From Leucoraja erinacea (lineage: Eukaryota), in the NCBI RefSeq assembly GCF_028641065.1, contig NC_073389.1, forward strand, positions 27,652,001 to 27,716,000: a stretch of DNA of 64,000 nt, written 5' to 3'. Shown here in pieces: positions 49,376 through 61,345 of this stretch (positions are counted from its first letter, which is position 1; every line of letters starts with the position of its first letter). The notes below the pieces were generated by a model. That model did not search any database. It saw only the letters and a program-made list of their open reading frames with translations, and was not told the DNA's origin. Position numbers and translations under genes: made by a program.

Positions 49376-49955
49376 GTGTAGGGACGAACTGCAGATGCTG
49401 GTTTACACCAAATATGGACACAAAACGCTGCAGTAACTCTGCAGGTCAGGCAGCATCTCTGGGGGAAAGGAATAGGTGACTTTTCGTGTTGACTCCTTTC
49501 TTTAGACTGAGAGTCAGGTGAGAGGGAAACTAGAGGTATGAAAAGGTACAAAGAACAAATGAATTGTACTTGGGCAGCTTATAACCCGATGGTATGCATC
49601 TTGATTTCTCTCATTTCAAGTAACCCTTGCATTCCCTCTCTCTCCATCCTTCCCTCGACTAGTTGTCCTACCAGTTTCCACTGTCATCCTGCTTAGTTTC
49701 ACTGTTTCTTTCACCTCCATCACCTTTTCCCACAGCCAACAATGGACCATTGTGGGCTCCACCTTTCTTGATCACCATTGCTGGCTTTGATTTGTTCTTT
49801 TCACACCTTTTATTCACTTGTTTTTTTGTACCTTTTCATACCTCTAGTTTCTCTCTCCCCTGACCCTGAAGATGGGCCTTGATCCGAAATGTCATCTATT
49901 CCTTTTCTCCAGAGATGCTGCCTGACCCGCTGAGTTACTCCAACAATTTATGTCT
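49376..49955. mobile_element. Penelope 3' fragment with inverted 5' arm
   Basis: Inverted pLTR arm at 49376-49560, then a + strand GIY-YIG end (LGSL*PDGMHLDFSHFK*, 49570-49623), 3' UTR and pLTR. Confidence 0.75.
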
Positions 49956-50225
49956 TATCTACCAGAGAACAAGACTCCAGTGCTTCATTCACCCTGTGCG
50001 AAGATGTATCAGCTGAAAAAGGGTCCCGACCTGACCTGAAACCATCTGCCTATCACCCCCCCCCCCTCGCCTATATCCACCTATCACTCCCTGCCTGAGC
50101 TCATCTGTTGCCAGTCCTGATCTGTCCTGGCTTTTTCTTCCTACCCCCCACCGCCCTTTTCTACAATCAGTTTGAAGAATATCCTGACTCAAAACGTCAC
50201 CTATCCATGTTCTCCAGAGATAGAC

Positions 50226-51575
50226 AATAATAATAATAATAATAAATACTTTATTGATCCCCTCAGGGAAATTCAGATGTCCAGAAGCCCCCAACCAACA
50301 AACCCACAGATTCAAAACGAACGCAGACAGAAAATACATAGAATACACTGTGGACACTACCTGAGAGCAATAAATACTTAAAAAGACCAATAATTAACAA
50401 TTAAAAATTAAAAATTGCAAGAATGCATCCCCCTACAGCCTAGCGGTCCGAATTATAAAATCTAATGGCTGCAGGGGTGAAGGATCTCCTGAACCGCTCC
50501 GTTCTACAGGGCAGGGAGAGGAGCCGGTTGTTGTTCCGAGTGCTCTTTTGACTCTCCAGAATTACATGGAGGGGATGCCCGGGGTTTTTCAGGATGACCT
50601 GCACCTTGTGCCTCATACGCCTCTCAAGCACATCCATCCCAGAGTCCACTCTCCCCTCCAGCACTGAGCTAGCTCGTTTAACCAGTTTGACCAGCTTCCT
50701 GTTGTTTTTTGCACTAATGCTGTTGCCCCAGTAGACAACAGCGTAGAAAATAACACTTGCAACCACAGTGTTGTAAAAAATGTGCAGCATGTCATTACAC
50801 ACATTGAAGGATTTGAGGCTTCTGAGGAAAAAGAGTCTGCTCTGGCCTTTTTTGTATAGGGGGTCAGAGTTGACAGACCAGTCCAGTTTGTTATCAAGTT
50901 GCACTTATGTCTGCACCACCTCAATGTCAGCCCCAGCAGTGTTGACCGGCTGAAGGGGGAGCTTGGACCTGCCAAAGTTAACCACCATCTCTTTAGTCTT
51001 AGTTGTGTTCAGGATGAGACAGTTCTCTTCACTCCAGGCACAAAAGGAACTGGTCAAGTTCCTGTATTCCTCCTCCTGCCCGTTCCTTACACATGCCACA
51101 ATCGCTGTATCATCTGAATATTTCTGTACGTGGCATGTGTCAGACTTATAGTTAAAGTCTGCTGTATACAGGGTGAAGAGGAACGGGGCCAGAACCGTTC
51201 CCTGTGGGGCACCAACATTGCACACCACTGTGCCAGAGACACTGTCCCCCAGCTTGACAAACTGTGGTCGACCCGTCAGGTAGCCGTCTATCCAGGAGAT
51301 AAATGTGGAATCCACCCCCATCTTCTTAAGCTTGTCATTCAGAATCAGGGGTTGGATGGTGTTGAACGCACTTGAGAAGTCGAAGAACATAATCCTCACA
51401 TAGCCACCGGGTTTGTCCAAAAAGGAGTAGATCCGGTGCAGCATGTAGAGGACTGCGTCATCCACCCCAATGTTCTCCTGGTATGCAAACTGTAGTGGGT
51501 CGAGTGCGTGCTGGACTTGTGGTCTCAGGAGACGAATGAGTAGCCGCTCCATTGTTTTCATGATATGGGATGTAA
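50226..51575 (-). mobile_element. 5'-truncated Rex1/Babar-type LINE, RT and C-terminal region, (ATT)n tail
   Basis: LDPLQFAYQ, DFSSAFNTIQP, GAPQGTVLAPFLFTLYT, KYSDDT, LNTTKTKEMVV, RTERFRRSFTPAAIRFYN; tail gaatttccc..gggatcaataaagt(att)n; one stop at 50905-50907. Confidence 0.9.
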
Positions 51576-52462
51576 GGTGCAGGAGTAGGCCATTCGGCCC
51601 TTCGAGCCAGCATCGCCATTCAATGTGATCATGGCTGATCATCCCCAATCAGTACCCCATTCCTGCCTTCTCCCCATATCCCCTGACTCCTCTATCTTTA
51701 AGTGCCCTATCTAGCTCTCTCTTGAAAGTTTCCAGAGAACCGGCCTCCACCTGAGGCAGAGAATTCTACAGATGCTGTCTGACCCGCTGAGTTACTCCAG
51801 CAATTTGTGTTTTGTTTTAAATTTTCACCTTTAATTAAAACTCCTGAAAGTTAGATTTTAAGTAAAGTGTTCAAATGTTATCGGGTAGGAATTTCAATCT
51901 TTGTTTTTTTCTTGAACATTGTTAGGAACCAAAAGAATGAGAGTTTAATTGAGCAGATGAGTGAATCAAAAAAAACTTGAATAAGATTAAAATGCAAAGT
52001 GCTGGAGGAACTCAACGGGTCAGGCAGCATCTGTGGAGGGAATGAACAAGAAATGTTGCTGGCTGGGACACTTCTTTAGGCTCTCTGCCTTTCAGGCCAG
52101 GGCCCTGGGTTTGACTGGTACTGTCCGTACGGAGTTTGCACGTTTTCCCAATGACTGCATGCATTTTCTCTGGGTGCTCCAGTTTCCTCCCACATGTCAA
52201 AGATGTACAGGATTGTAGGTTAATTGGCTTCGGTAAAATTGTAAATTGTCCCTAGTGTGTGGGATCCCTGGTCGGCGCGGCCTTGGTGGACCCAAGAGCC
52301 TGTTTCTCGCCGTATCTCTAAAGTAAACTGATAAGATGCTGGTAATAGAAACAGGAACTAGCTTAATGGTGCGAGGAATTGAATTCTGAAGATACTTGTA
52401 CTGACCTTTTTTATTTCCCCTTTTTGCTGTTTCCCTTCTCCCCCCCCCCCCCTCCCCTCCAG

Positions 52463-52626
52463 TGCTAGACTCCTTCAAGATGCCGCTCTTGTACGGAGTA
52501 GTCAGTGCCTTACTGGTTGGAATTCTCGCCTGCACCATCGGTTATTGTGCCTTCCCAAAGCCTCAAAGAAGGAGGACTGCACCCCTGGACGAGAGACGTG
52601 GGTTACTCCACAAATGCCTGAGCTGA
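52463..52626 (+). CDS. PTGFRN: PTGFRN exon 9, transmembrane segment and cytoplasmic tail (absent from the ORF track)
   Basis: Long pyrimidine tract then ccag|; VLDSFKMPLLYGVVSALLVGILACTIGYCAFPKPQRRRTAPLDERRGLLHKCLS*; TGA at 52624-52626. Confidence 0.93.
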
Positions 52627-52995
52627 GACGACCTCCAGCCACGTTCACCACCAACGATTGAACGAACCACTCAAACTACCTGTACTCTGACACTTGGGGG
52701 AGGACAAGCAAAGCCGGATCTTTTAGATATTTACCACGCGCAGTGATTTGTAATTTAAAACAAAAAGCCATGTTCATTTTCTTTGCGTGGAGTAAAAAAT
52801 ATTTTGGGAATGTCAGTGTGATTTTTTACTTTTTTAAAAAAAAGTTTTTTTTTGCAGTAAATTACGCTACGGAGATGTCGCCGATTTCCTCTCCTTTTTC
52901 CCAGTTTGGACGTGAAGAGCTGGACCCGGTCACGTTCCCCGGTGTCTGCGGATCGGACACCGTATCATTGCGCTTGCAACACTGACGGAGTGCAC

Positions 52996-53001
52996 AATAA
53001 A
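52996..53001 (+). terminator. Candidate poly(A) signal of PTGFRN
   Basis: First AATAAA after the stop (370 nt downstream), followed by a T/GT-rich tract (tattttgttgtg); repeat sequence starts at about 53070. Confidence 0.65.
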
Positions 53002-53159
53002 TAACGCTTTCTTTGATGTATGGATAAGTATTTTGTTGTGCAAAGATGAGTTCCAAATCATCGTATATAGTCATAGAGTCATCCAGCGTGGAAACAGGCC
53101 CTTCTGCTCAACTTGCCCACAATGACCAACATGCCCCATCTATGCTAGTCATACCCATA

Positions 53160-53448
53160 GGGGCAGCACAATGGTAGTTGGTGCCTTACAGTGCAAGAGA
53201 CCTGGGTTCGATCCTGACTACAGGTGCTGTCTGTATGGAGTTTGTATGTTCTCCTTGTGACCACGTGGGTTTTCTCTGGTTTCTTCCCACACTCCAAGGA
53301 TGTACGTTTGTAGGTTAATTGGCTTTGGTAAAATTGTAATGTGCCATAGTGTGTAGGATCGTGCTCGTGTATGTGGTGATCACTTGTCGGCACAGACTTG
53401 GTGGAGCAAAGGGCCAGTTTCTGGACTGTATTTTTAAAGCCTAAAGCC
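53160..53448 (+). mobile_element. V-SINE (HE1-like)
   Basis: Same family; inserted in a CR1 tail. Confidence 0.78.
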
Positions 53449-56400
53449 TTTATTTGGCTCACATCCCTCTAAACCAGTCCTATCCATACCTGTCTAAATG
53501 TTGCTTAAATGTTGTGAGAGTACCTGCTTGAACTACCTCCTCTGGCAGCACCTTCCATACACCCACCATCGCTTGTGTAAGATAATTGCCTCTCAGGTTC
53601 CTATTAAATCTTACCCCATCACCCTAAACCCACAGTCCTCTGGTTCTTGATTCTCCTACTCCGGGTAAAAGACTCTGGGCATTCACCCTGTCTATTCCTC
53701 TCATGATATTACGGAGCTCATTTCAGGCAGAGTGACGGGTTCCAACCTAATGCTGCTACAGCCTCTAGTTAAACATTGCATTCAGCATTAAACTCTTTCC
53801 TTGTGGACTAATCTGCCCCAAAAAGCAATGGGTTTTTTGTCTGCTGATGAGAGCAACATGATCTCGGCTATTTCCAGGGAGATCCAGAAGTTGCATTTTA
53901 ATTGGTTAATTTCAATAAGTGGAAACATTTAATTGCTGCCTTGGAACATGTTGTAGATACGATGAGGATGTTTAAGAGGCTTTTAGATAGGCAGATGTAT
54001 AGGTTGGAAATGGAGGGGTATGGTTCATGTTTAGTATAGTGTAGAGATACAGCATGGAAACAGGCCATTAGGCCCACACGGTTCTTGTCGACCATTGATC
54101 ACCCGTTCACACTGGTTCTGTTATCCCACTTTTGCATCCACACCCGACACAACGGGTAGTCAAGAGGTTAATTAACCTACCAACCTGCACCTCGTTGGGA
54201 TGTAGTAGGAAGCCCAAGTAGTCAAGATGAGAACTTGCAAACTCCGCACAAACAGCACCCGAGGTCAGGATTGAACCTGGGTCTCTGACTCTGTGAGGCA
54301 GCAGCTCTACCCGTTGCACCACTGTGCCGCCTTGTGTGTAGGCAGATGAGATTAGTTTATCCTTGTATCATGTTCAGCACAAACTTTGGGGGCTGAAGGG
54401 CCTGTTCCTGTTCAATCCATGGGTTGAATTGTATGCCAGTGCATATTATACACAAATTAAGGTTTCAATACTGATCCAGTTATCTAACAGTGTCTATCTG
54501 TCAGGAAATAAAAGAAAAAGCAGGTGATCCAAATTTCTATCTGGATTACATTATTACAGGTGCATTGGTCCAAGGCATTTGGTCTGACAAATGTCCATGA
54601 TTGCAAGGTACTCTAACTTTATAATTCCTGCATTTTCTTAAAGGTTCTTGAGCAAGTAGACATTACTTGCCAGACTGGTTGTACAGCCCTCCAGTCTTCA
54701 ACCTGTAATAGCAAATGAAAAAGCAACGCTATCTCTGGCTCAGATGCAAAATGCTGGAGTAACTCAGAGGATCAGGCAACATCTCTGGAGAAAAGGAATA
54801 GGTGGCGTTTCGGATCAAGAGGCTTCTTCAGACTCGGGGAGAGAGAAACTAGAGGTATGAAAAGTTACAAAGAGCAAATGAATGAAAGGTGTGAAAAGAA
54901 CAAATCAAAACTAACAACAATGATCAATGGAGCCCACAATGGTCTGTTGTAGGCTGTGGAGAAGATGATACAAACAGTGGAACTAAGCAGGATGACAGTG
55001 AAACTAGGGTGGGGGAAGGACAGAGAGGAAGGAGATGCAAGGGTTACTTGAATGAACACCACTGGGTTGCAAGCTGCCCAAGTGAAACATGTGGTGCTGA
55101 ATGCCACACGGTCACAGGGAGAACGTACAAGCTCTGTACAGACAGCACCTGGAGTCTTTAGCACTGTAAGGCAAACATTTTTCTTCGGCGAGAGTATGGG
55201 CAGAATAAATGGGAGGGTAGTTGGAAGGGAATATTGGGTGGACTTTCTTCCCACCACCATCAATGTGATGAGACACTGAAAAGGCTGCCTTCCCAGTGGG
55301 GATGGAATGAAAAATCGTGGCGTTGCCAACAAAGATTAGCACGATGGTAAAAAACTGCGCGCACTTTAATCTTTCTGCTTCCGCACCATCTGATCAAAGT
55401 CAGCCAAACTTTGGGAGGGAAATAAGATATATTAATCTCCTTCAAATATCCCTTGGGAGAAGAAAGGGCTAGTGGCTAGCATCACTATCAGTCGTAAGGG
55501 ACAGTCACGGGGTGAAATGATTCAATAGCAATGTGACCTGTGCCACCACTACCTGCACTCCTACATCTCTCTGCTCTACAACACTCCCCAGAATGGTAGG
55601 GCTCTGGGTATGTTTAGAGCAGAGAGATCGAGGAGTGGACACAAATTGCTGGAGTAACTCAGCGGGTCAGGCAACTGTCAGAGTACTGAGTATAGAAGTT
55701 GGGAGATTGTGTTCCTGGTACATAAGATGTTGGCGAGGCCTGATTTAGAGTATTGTGTTCTGTTTTGGTCACCAGGTTATAGGAAATATATTGTCAAGCT
55801 GGAAAGGGTGCAGAAAAAATTTGAGGATGTTGCCAAGACTCAAGGGCCTGAGCAATATGTTGAGCAGACTAGGAGGAGTGGAGTGCAGATGAGGGGTGAT
55901 TTTATAGAGGTGGACAAAATCATGAGATTAATAATGTAGGGTATTGCAGAGTAGGGGAATCGAGAACAAGGGGGTAGATTTAATAAGAACCTAAGGAGTA
56001 ACTTTTTTTACTCAGAAGGGTGGTGGGTGTATGGAACAAGCTGCCAGAAGAGGTAGTTGAGGCAGGTACTATTGCAACATTTATGAAACAGTTAGACAGG
56101 TACATGGATAGGACAGGTTTAGAGGGATATGGGCCAAACACAAGCAGTTGGGATTACTGTAGATGGGACATGTTGGTTGGTGTGGGCAAGTTGGGCCGAA
56201 GGGCCTGTTGCCATGCTATGACTCTCAGCAAAAACATTTCCACTACTGCCATTTCCTTGTTGATCTCTTTATCGTTGAGTAGCAATTATTGTTCACATGT
56301 GTCTCACATTGCATTATTTAAATACCTCCATAATGTTAAAAGTTGGAAAAACTGGCACTTACTTCAGGCACTTACTCAGGCACTTTAACCCGCCGTGGAG

Positions 56401-59400
56401 AATCACCCAGATCTGAACGTTTATTTGCAGCATAGTGCAATGGTTACAGCCTCTGCTGACTTCCCAGCTGCAGAAGTGACCACCAATGGCTGGTAATCTC
56501 CGGAGAAGCTAAACCAGCTGTTCCATGCCGCACATCTGTGTGTATGTGTGTGTGCAAATGAGTGTGTGTTGTACAGATGAGTGAAAATCTGCCAACTATG
56601 CATCGTTGGAATAATAGTTTGGTTTATTAGTTGAAATACTAGTTTTGTTTCGGCCTACCCTTATCGATTAAATCGATCTCGGGATTATATCTTATGTTGT
56701 TTCTTTTGGAATATTGTAAGTGCTAGAGTTAAATTGTAAAGCGGGTGAGTTTACATTATTAATACAGGTCCACCACTGATTTAGTGTCGCCCTTCGTTCC
56801 AGAACCTTTTTGGCCCGTGTGTGTAGGATAGAACTAGTGTATGTTTGTGTTTGTTTCTTTCGAGGACTGTTTAAGGAATTTCACTCTGTGGGGATTTAAT
56901 TTGACACTGGTTGTACTATGTAGTAAGCAAGTCACAATGAAAGTGCTTTCAAAGAATGCATCAACACCATGCTCTCAAAAATAGATTTGCTGGGGAAAAG
57001 AGATAATTACACATTGTGTATGCTTCATAATTGTCACCTTTTGAGTTATTTTTCTCTAGCCTCTCATCTGTACTTTGCTGGGCGATTTCATACGAGAGAA
57101 CACAGCACTGCATACCACTCATTCCCTTCATTTCTAAACTTAGTTACCTTCCCAAGTACTGAGAGTTATTTTGGTCCCGACAAAGGATTATGCAATTTGC
57201 TAAGTGAAAGATTTTGCCAGCTATTGTAAGGCATGTTTGTATGTCACATAGTATACTATCAAAAACAACTTGATCTAAATTGCAACCTGTATGATCACTT
57301 CAGATTTATTCATGGATATGGATCATATGCAGACAGTTCTGGGCGTCATGTTCAGCATGGACATTGCGGGCCCAAGGGCCTGTTCCTGTGCTCTACATTT
57401 CTGTGTTTTATATGCTTTGTCTTCCGCATCCTAAATGAACCTGAAGAAATAGCAAAATGTCAACACAAGGAACCGCAGATGCTGTTTCACACAAAAAAGA
57501 CAAAAAGTGCTGGAATAACGCAGCAGGTCAGGCAGCACCTCTGGAGAACATGGATAGGTGATGTTTCAAGTCAGGAACCCTCGAGTCAGTTTTATTAATT
57601 ATTTTAATTTTTTTAATGTATTTTTTAAATTCCGCACTTTCCATTGCAATTTGCTATGTAAAGTAACTTTCCTCATTTGCTAAATCACATGGGTTTCCTC
57701 CAGGTGTTCCGCTATCCTCCCACATCCCAAATATATGTGCAGGCTTGGAGATTAATTGGCTTCTGTAAATGTCCTTAGTGTGTACATTAGAACTAGAGTA
57801 CAGTGGTCAGAACTAGATTGTCGGCATGAACTTAGTGGGCCGAAGGGCCTGTTTCTATGCTGTATCTAAAGTAAATTTGTGTCCATCATTGCTGGTTGTT
57901 TGTCGGAGCATCTTATGTGGCACGGCACAGCGACTGATTTTTTTTCTAAATGCACACTAATCTTCTATTAACTTGATTTCTGTTTCCCCCTACCCCCTTT
58001 CCCTTTCCTGCCCCAGTGTGATCCCATTTCTCCCACAATCCTGTCCCTTTTCCTTCCCTCCCCATCTCATACACCCCATTCCTCTTTACATTTCACTCCT
58101 CTTTTTCCCTCCTAACCTGACACCCTTTTGTCTGCTTTTCATCTCTAGACTTTAGAGATACAGTTCCAGTGATACAGGTCCAGAGATGCTGCCTGACCCG
58201 TTGAGTTCCTCCAGCACCTTGTGCTTATCTCTCGCTGATTAAAAATCCTCATTGTTTACAGCTGTTTCTGATCTAGATCAGAGATGCATAGAATACAGTT
58301 GATGAAACAGTGGTGTCTTTATGTAGAATGCATAGACTTGTAGAGAGTAATTAGCTGATTGCCCAGGGCTGCTGGTGCTGTGGGAACTGCTTGCTTTATG
58401 TTGAGAGCCAATTTCCAAGCATCAGCTCAATGAACAACAAAACACTATACGTCTCAAAATAGGTATTTAATTTTCTGCTCCCCATGGATTAATGGTGATA
58501 GTTTGTGCAGCGTAGCAAGCAAAAAACCCCTCCATTTCCATACGAGTGAGTGGGTATATGGAGCAAGCTGCCAGAGGAAGTATTTGAGGCAGGTACTAGA
58601 CTTTACTTTAGACTTTAGAGAAACAGCATGGAAACAGGCCCTTCGGCCCAATGACTATCCCATACACTAGGAACCATTTACAATTTTTACCGAAGCCCAT
58701 TAATCGTCAAACCTGTACGTCTTTGGAGTGTGAGAGGAAACCGGGGCACCTGGAGAAAACCCACGCGGTCACAGGTAGAACAAATATGCTTTGAACAGAG
58801 AGCATCCAAAGTCACGATTAAACTCGGGTCGTTGTGAGGCAGCAGCTCTACTGCACATAAACAATACACTATTGTACTACAACAGCATTTAAAAGACACT
58901 TGGACGGGTACATGGATAGGAAAGATTTAGAGGGATGTTGGCAAATGTGACCAGCTTAGATGGGGCATCTTGGCTAGCATGGACAAGTTGGGCTGAAGGG
59001 ACTGTTTCCATACTGAAAAACAATGACTCTAAAAGAGTGCCTTTTCCTCCAACTGATGTGTATAAGTTTGTCTACTTGTAATACTGAGTCTTCATAAGTC
59101 CTTGCAAAACCATTATCGTGTGCAGTTCTGGTTGTTGCTTTACAGGAAGGATGTGGAGGCAAGGAGAAGATGCCGAGGAGGTTTACCTCCTGGATTGGAT
59201 GGTTCAAACTATAAGGAGAGGATGGTCAAACTTAGATTGTTTTGTCTGAACTGTAGGAGGCTGAGGGGAGACCTGGTAGAAGTATATACAATTATGGAAA
59301 GCGTACTGTAGATAGGGAAGACAGAACTTGTTTCCCAGGAAGGTAATGTCAAAGACGAGTTGGTGAGAGGACGGTTCATTTGCCTGATAACAGATGGGAA

Positions 59401-61061
59401 GACACTGTCCCTGAATCTGGAGGTGTGTGTTTACAAACTTCTGCACCTCCTTTGGGAGCGGGGAGAAGAGGGAATGACAGGGGTGAGACACATCCTTGAT
59501 TATGCTGGTGGCCTTGCCGTGGCAGCATGACGTGTACATGGAGTCAATGGAAGGGAGGTTGCTTTTGCTTGATGGCCTGGGCTATGAAACCTTTGGTTTT
59601 TGACACGATTATAGCAAGATGCAAAGTATTTTGTTTAATTAACAATTGTTTAATTATCTCACAATTTCTGAGCATGTTGGAAGACTGCAAAAAATGATTT
59701 TCTAGAAAGATGACAGGGTTATGAGAGGCTTGTGATCAATGAGCTCAATTTAAATGAGTCGGTGGAGTAAACATGGAGAAACATCAAGTGAAAGGGAATG
59801 GTACTAAATTGGCATCCACTGCCTGAATGAGCAGAGGAAGCATATTCAAAAGTAATATTTCAAAAGGGAATTAGATTAATATATATAAAAAGGAAATAAA
59901 AGTCACAAGGTACAAGAGAAAAAGATACAAGATACAAGATTATTTGTCATTAGGGTTAGGGTTACCCCTCAAAAAGTAGAGAAGCAAAATTATTTGGTTC
60001 ATTTTATCAAAATGGGAGCCCTATTTAATTTTTGGATACAAAGAAATGCAGATGCTGGTTCACAAAAAAAAATGACAACGTGCTGGAGTAACTCAGTGGG
60101 CCAGGCAGCATCCCTGGAGAACTTGAACAGGTGATGGTTCGGGTCTGAAAAAGGGTCCCGAACTGAAACTTCACCTATCCATGTTCTCCGGAGATGCTGC
60201 CTGACCCGCTGAGTTACTCCAGCACTTTGTGTCCTTTTGTGTATTAATTAGTATCTGCAGTTCTTTGTTTCTAAACTTTACCTCTAACAAGTCGAATTAC
60301 TAACCATAAACGTAGACACAATCGGTCTAAAGAAGGGTCTTCAGTCTGAAATGTCAACTGTACGTGTTCTCCAGAGATGCTGCCTGACTCACTGTGTTAC
60401 TCCAGAACTTTGTGCCCATATTTAATCTATTCTGCTTTAAATCTTTTTCATACAGTATTAGAGGAATTATCTAATGAATAGCATTGATATCACATTGCAA
60501 TGTAAAGTAATCACACTGACTTGTCCATATAAAGTTTAATTTAGTTTAGAGATACAGCATGGAAACAAGCCCTTTGGCCCACCGAGTCCGTGCCGACCAT
60601 CGATTGCCCTACACTAGTTCTATCCTACACTCTAGAGGCAATTTATAGAAGGCAATTAACATTTAGGTTTGGGAGAGCTGATAAGGAGGGGGTTTAAATG
60701 GTGCTATTTATTTCTTACACCCTCTATTGTACGATTTTAGGTGATGGGAGGGAGTGTAGAGATTAAACCACCTGAGCTGGATAGATCCCCGTACATTATA
60801 CCACAAAATGGCAGCAAAAGACAGAGACAGGCCCGTCTCTGTTGAAACCTTCTTTATGGTTTTGTCGCCATCTGTTCTTCCTCCTCCCAGTAGCGTGGAG
60901 GGTAAGGGCTCGAGGGGGCAGCTGCAATTCTGACACAAGTTGCATTTTAATTGACAGCCCCCACCCCCCTGATTTCACCACCTGAGCGTCTCGCAGGTCT
61001 GCTCCCCAGCCCCTCACCTGTTTGTTCCAATCTCACCCCCGTAGGCTTCATTCCCCCGTGA

Positions 61062-61345
61062 GGCGGCACGGTGGTGCAGTGGTAGAGTTGCTGCCTCACA
61101 GCGCCAGAGACCCGGGTTTCATCCTGGCTACGGGTGCTGTCTGTGTGTGTGGAGTTTGCACGTTCTCCCTGTGACCGCGTGGGTTTTCTCCGGGTTCCCC
61201 AGTTTCCTCCCATACTCCAAACACGTGCGGGTTTGTAGGTTAATTGGCTTTGGAAAGAAATGTAAATTGTCCCTAGTGTGTAGGAAGGTGTTAGTGATCC
61301 CTGGTCAGCATGGACTAGGTGGGCTGAAGAGCATGTTTCCACATG
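61062..61345 (+). mobile_element. V-SINE (HE1-like)
   Basis: ggcggcacggtggtgcagtggtagagttgctgcctcacagcgccagagacccggg head. Other copies at about 62989-63283 and 63893-64000. Confidence 0.82.

Larger units (their letters stand above)
9172..52626 (+). other. PTGFRN: PTGFRN gene body, ATG to stop, 9 coding exons, 874 aa
   Basis: Exons join in frame through GT-AG phase-1 introns: 46+366+429+384+423+405+108+300+164 = 2625 nt. Six V-type Ig domains plus TM. Motifs RVVKVP, PCNVSAYEGPSEQNFDW, TPSTD..GNYE and FKMPLLYG..CTIGYC match my recollection of vertebrate PTGFRN. Confidence 0.95.

Noticed and set aside
50905-51770. Apparent CR1-Rex1 chimeric retrotranscript and 247-aa ORF with its own start
   Set aside because: The CR1 tail continues on the far side (tagacaat at 50221 joins aggtgcagg at 51575), so Rex1 simply inserted into the CR1 tail. 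The first ~25 aa of the ORF are CR1 3' UTR.
35189-52626. IGSF3, IGSF8 or CD101 as gene identity
   Set aside because: Six Ig domains (vs 8, 4 and 7) and PTGFRN-type motifs (EQNFDW, DWTL, SVVKLE, IGYC tail) fit PTGFRN.
52612-52626. C-terminal CaaX prenylation signal
   Set aside because: The Cys is third from the end (KCLS), not fourth.
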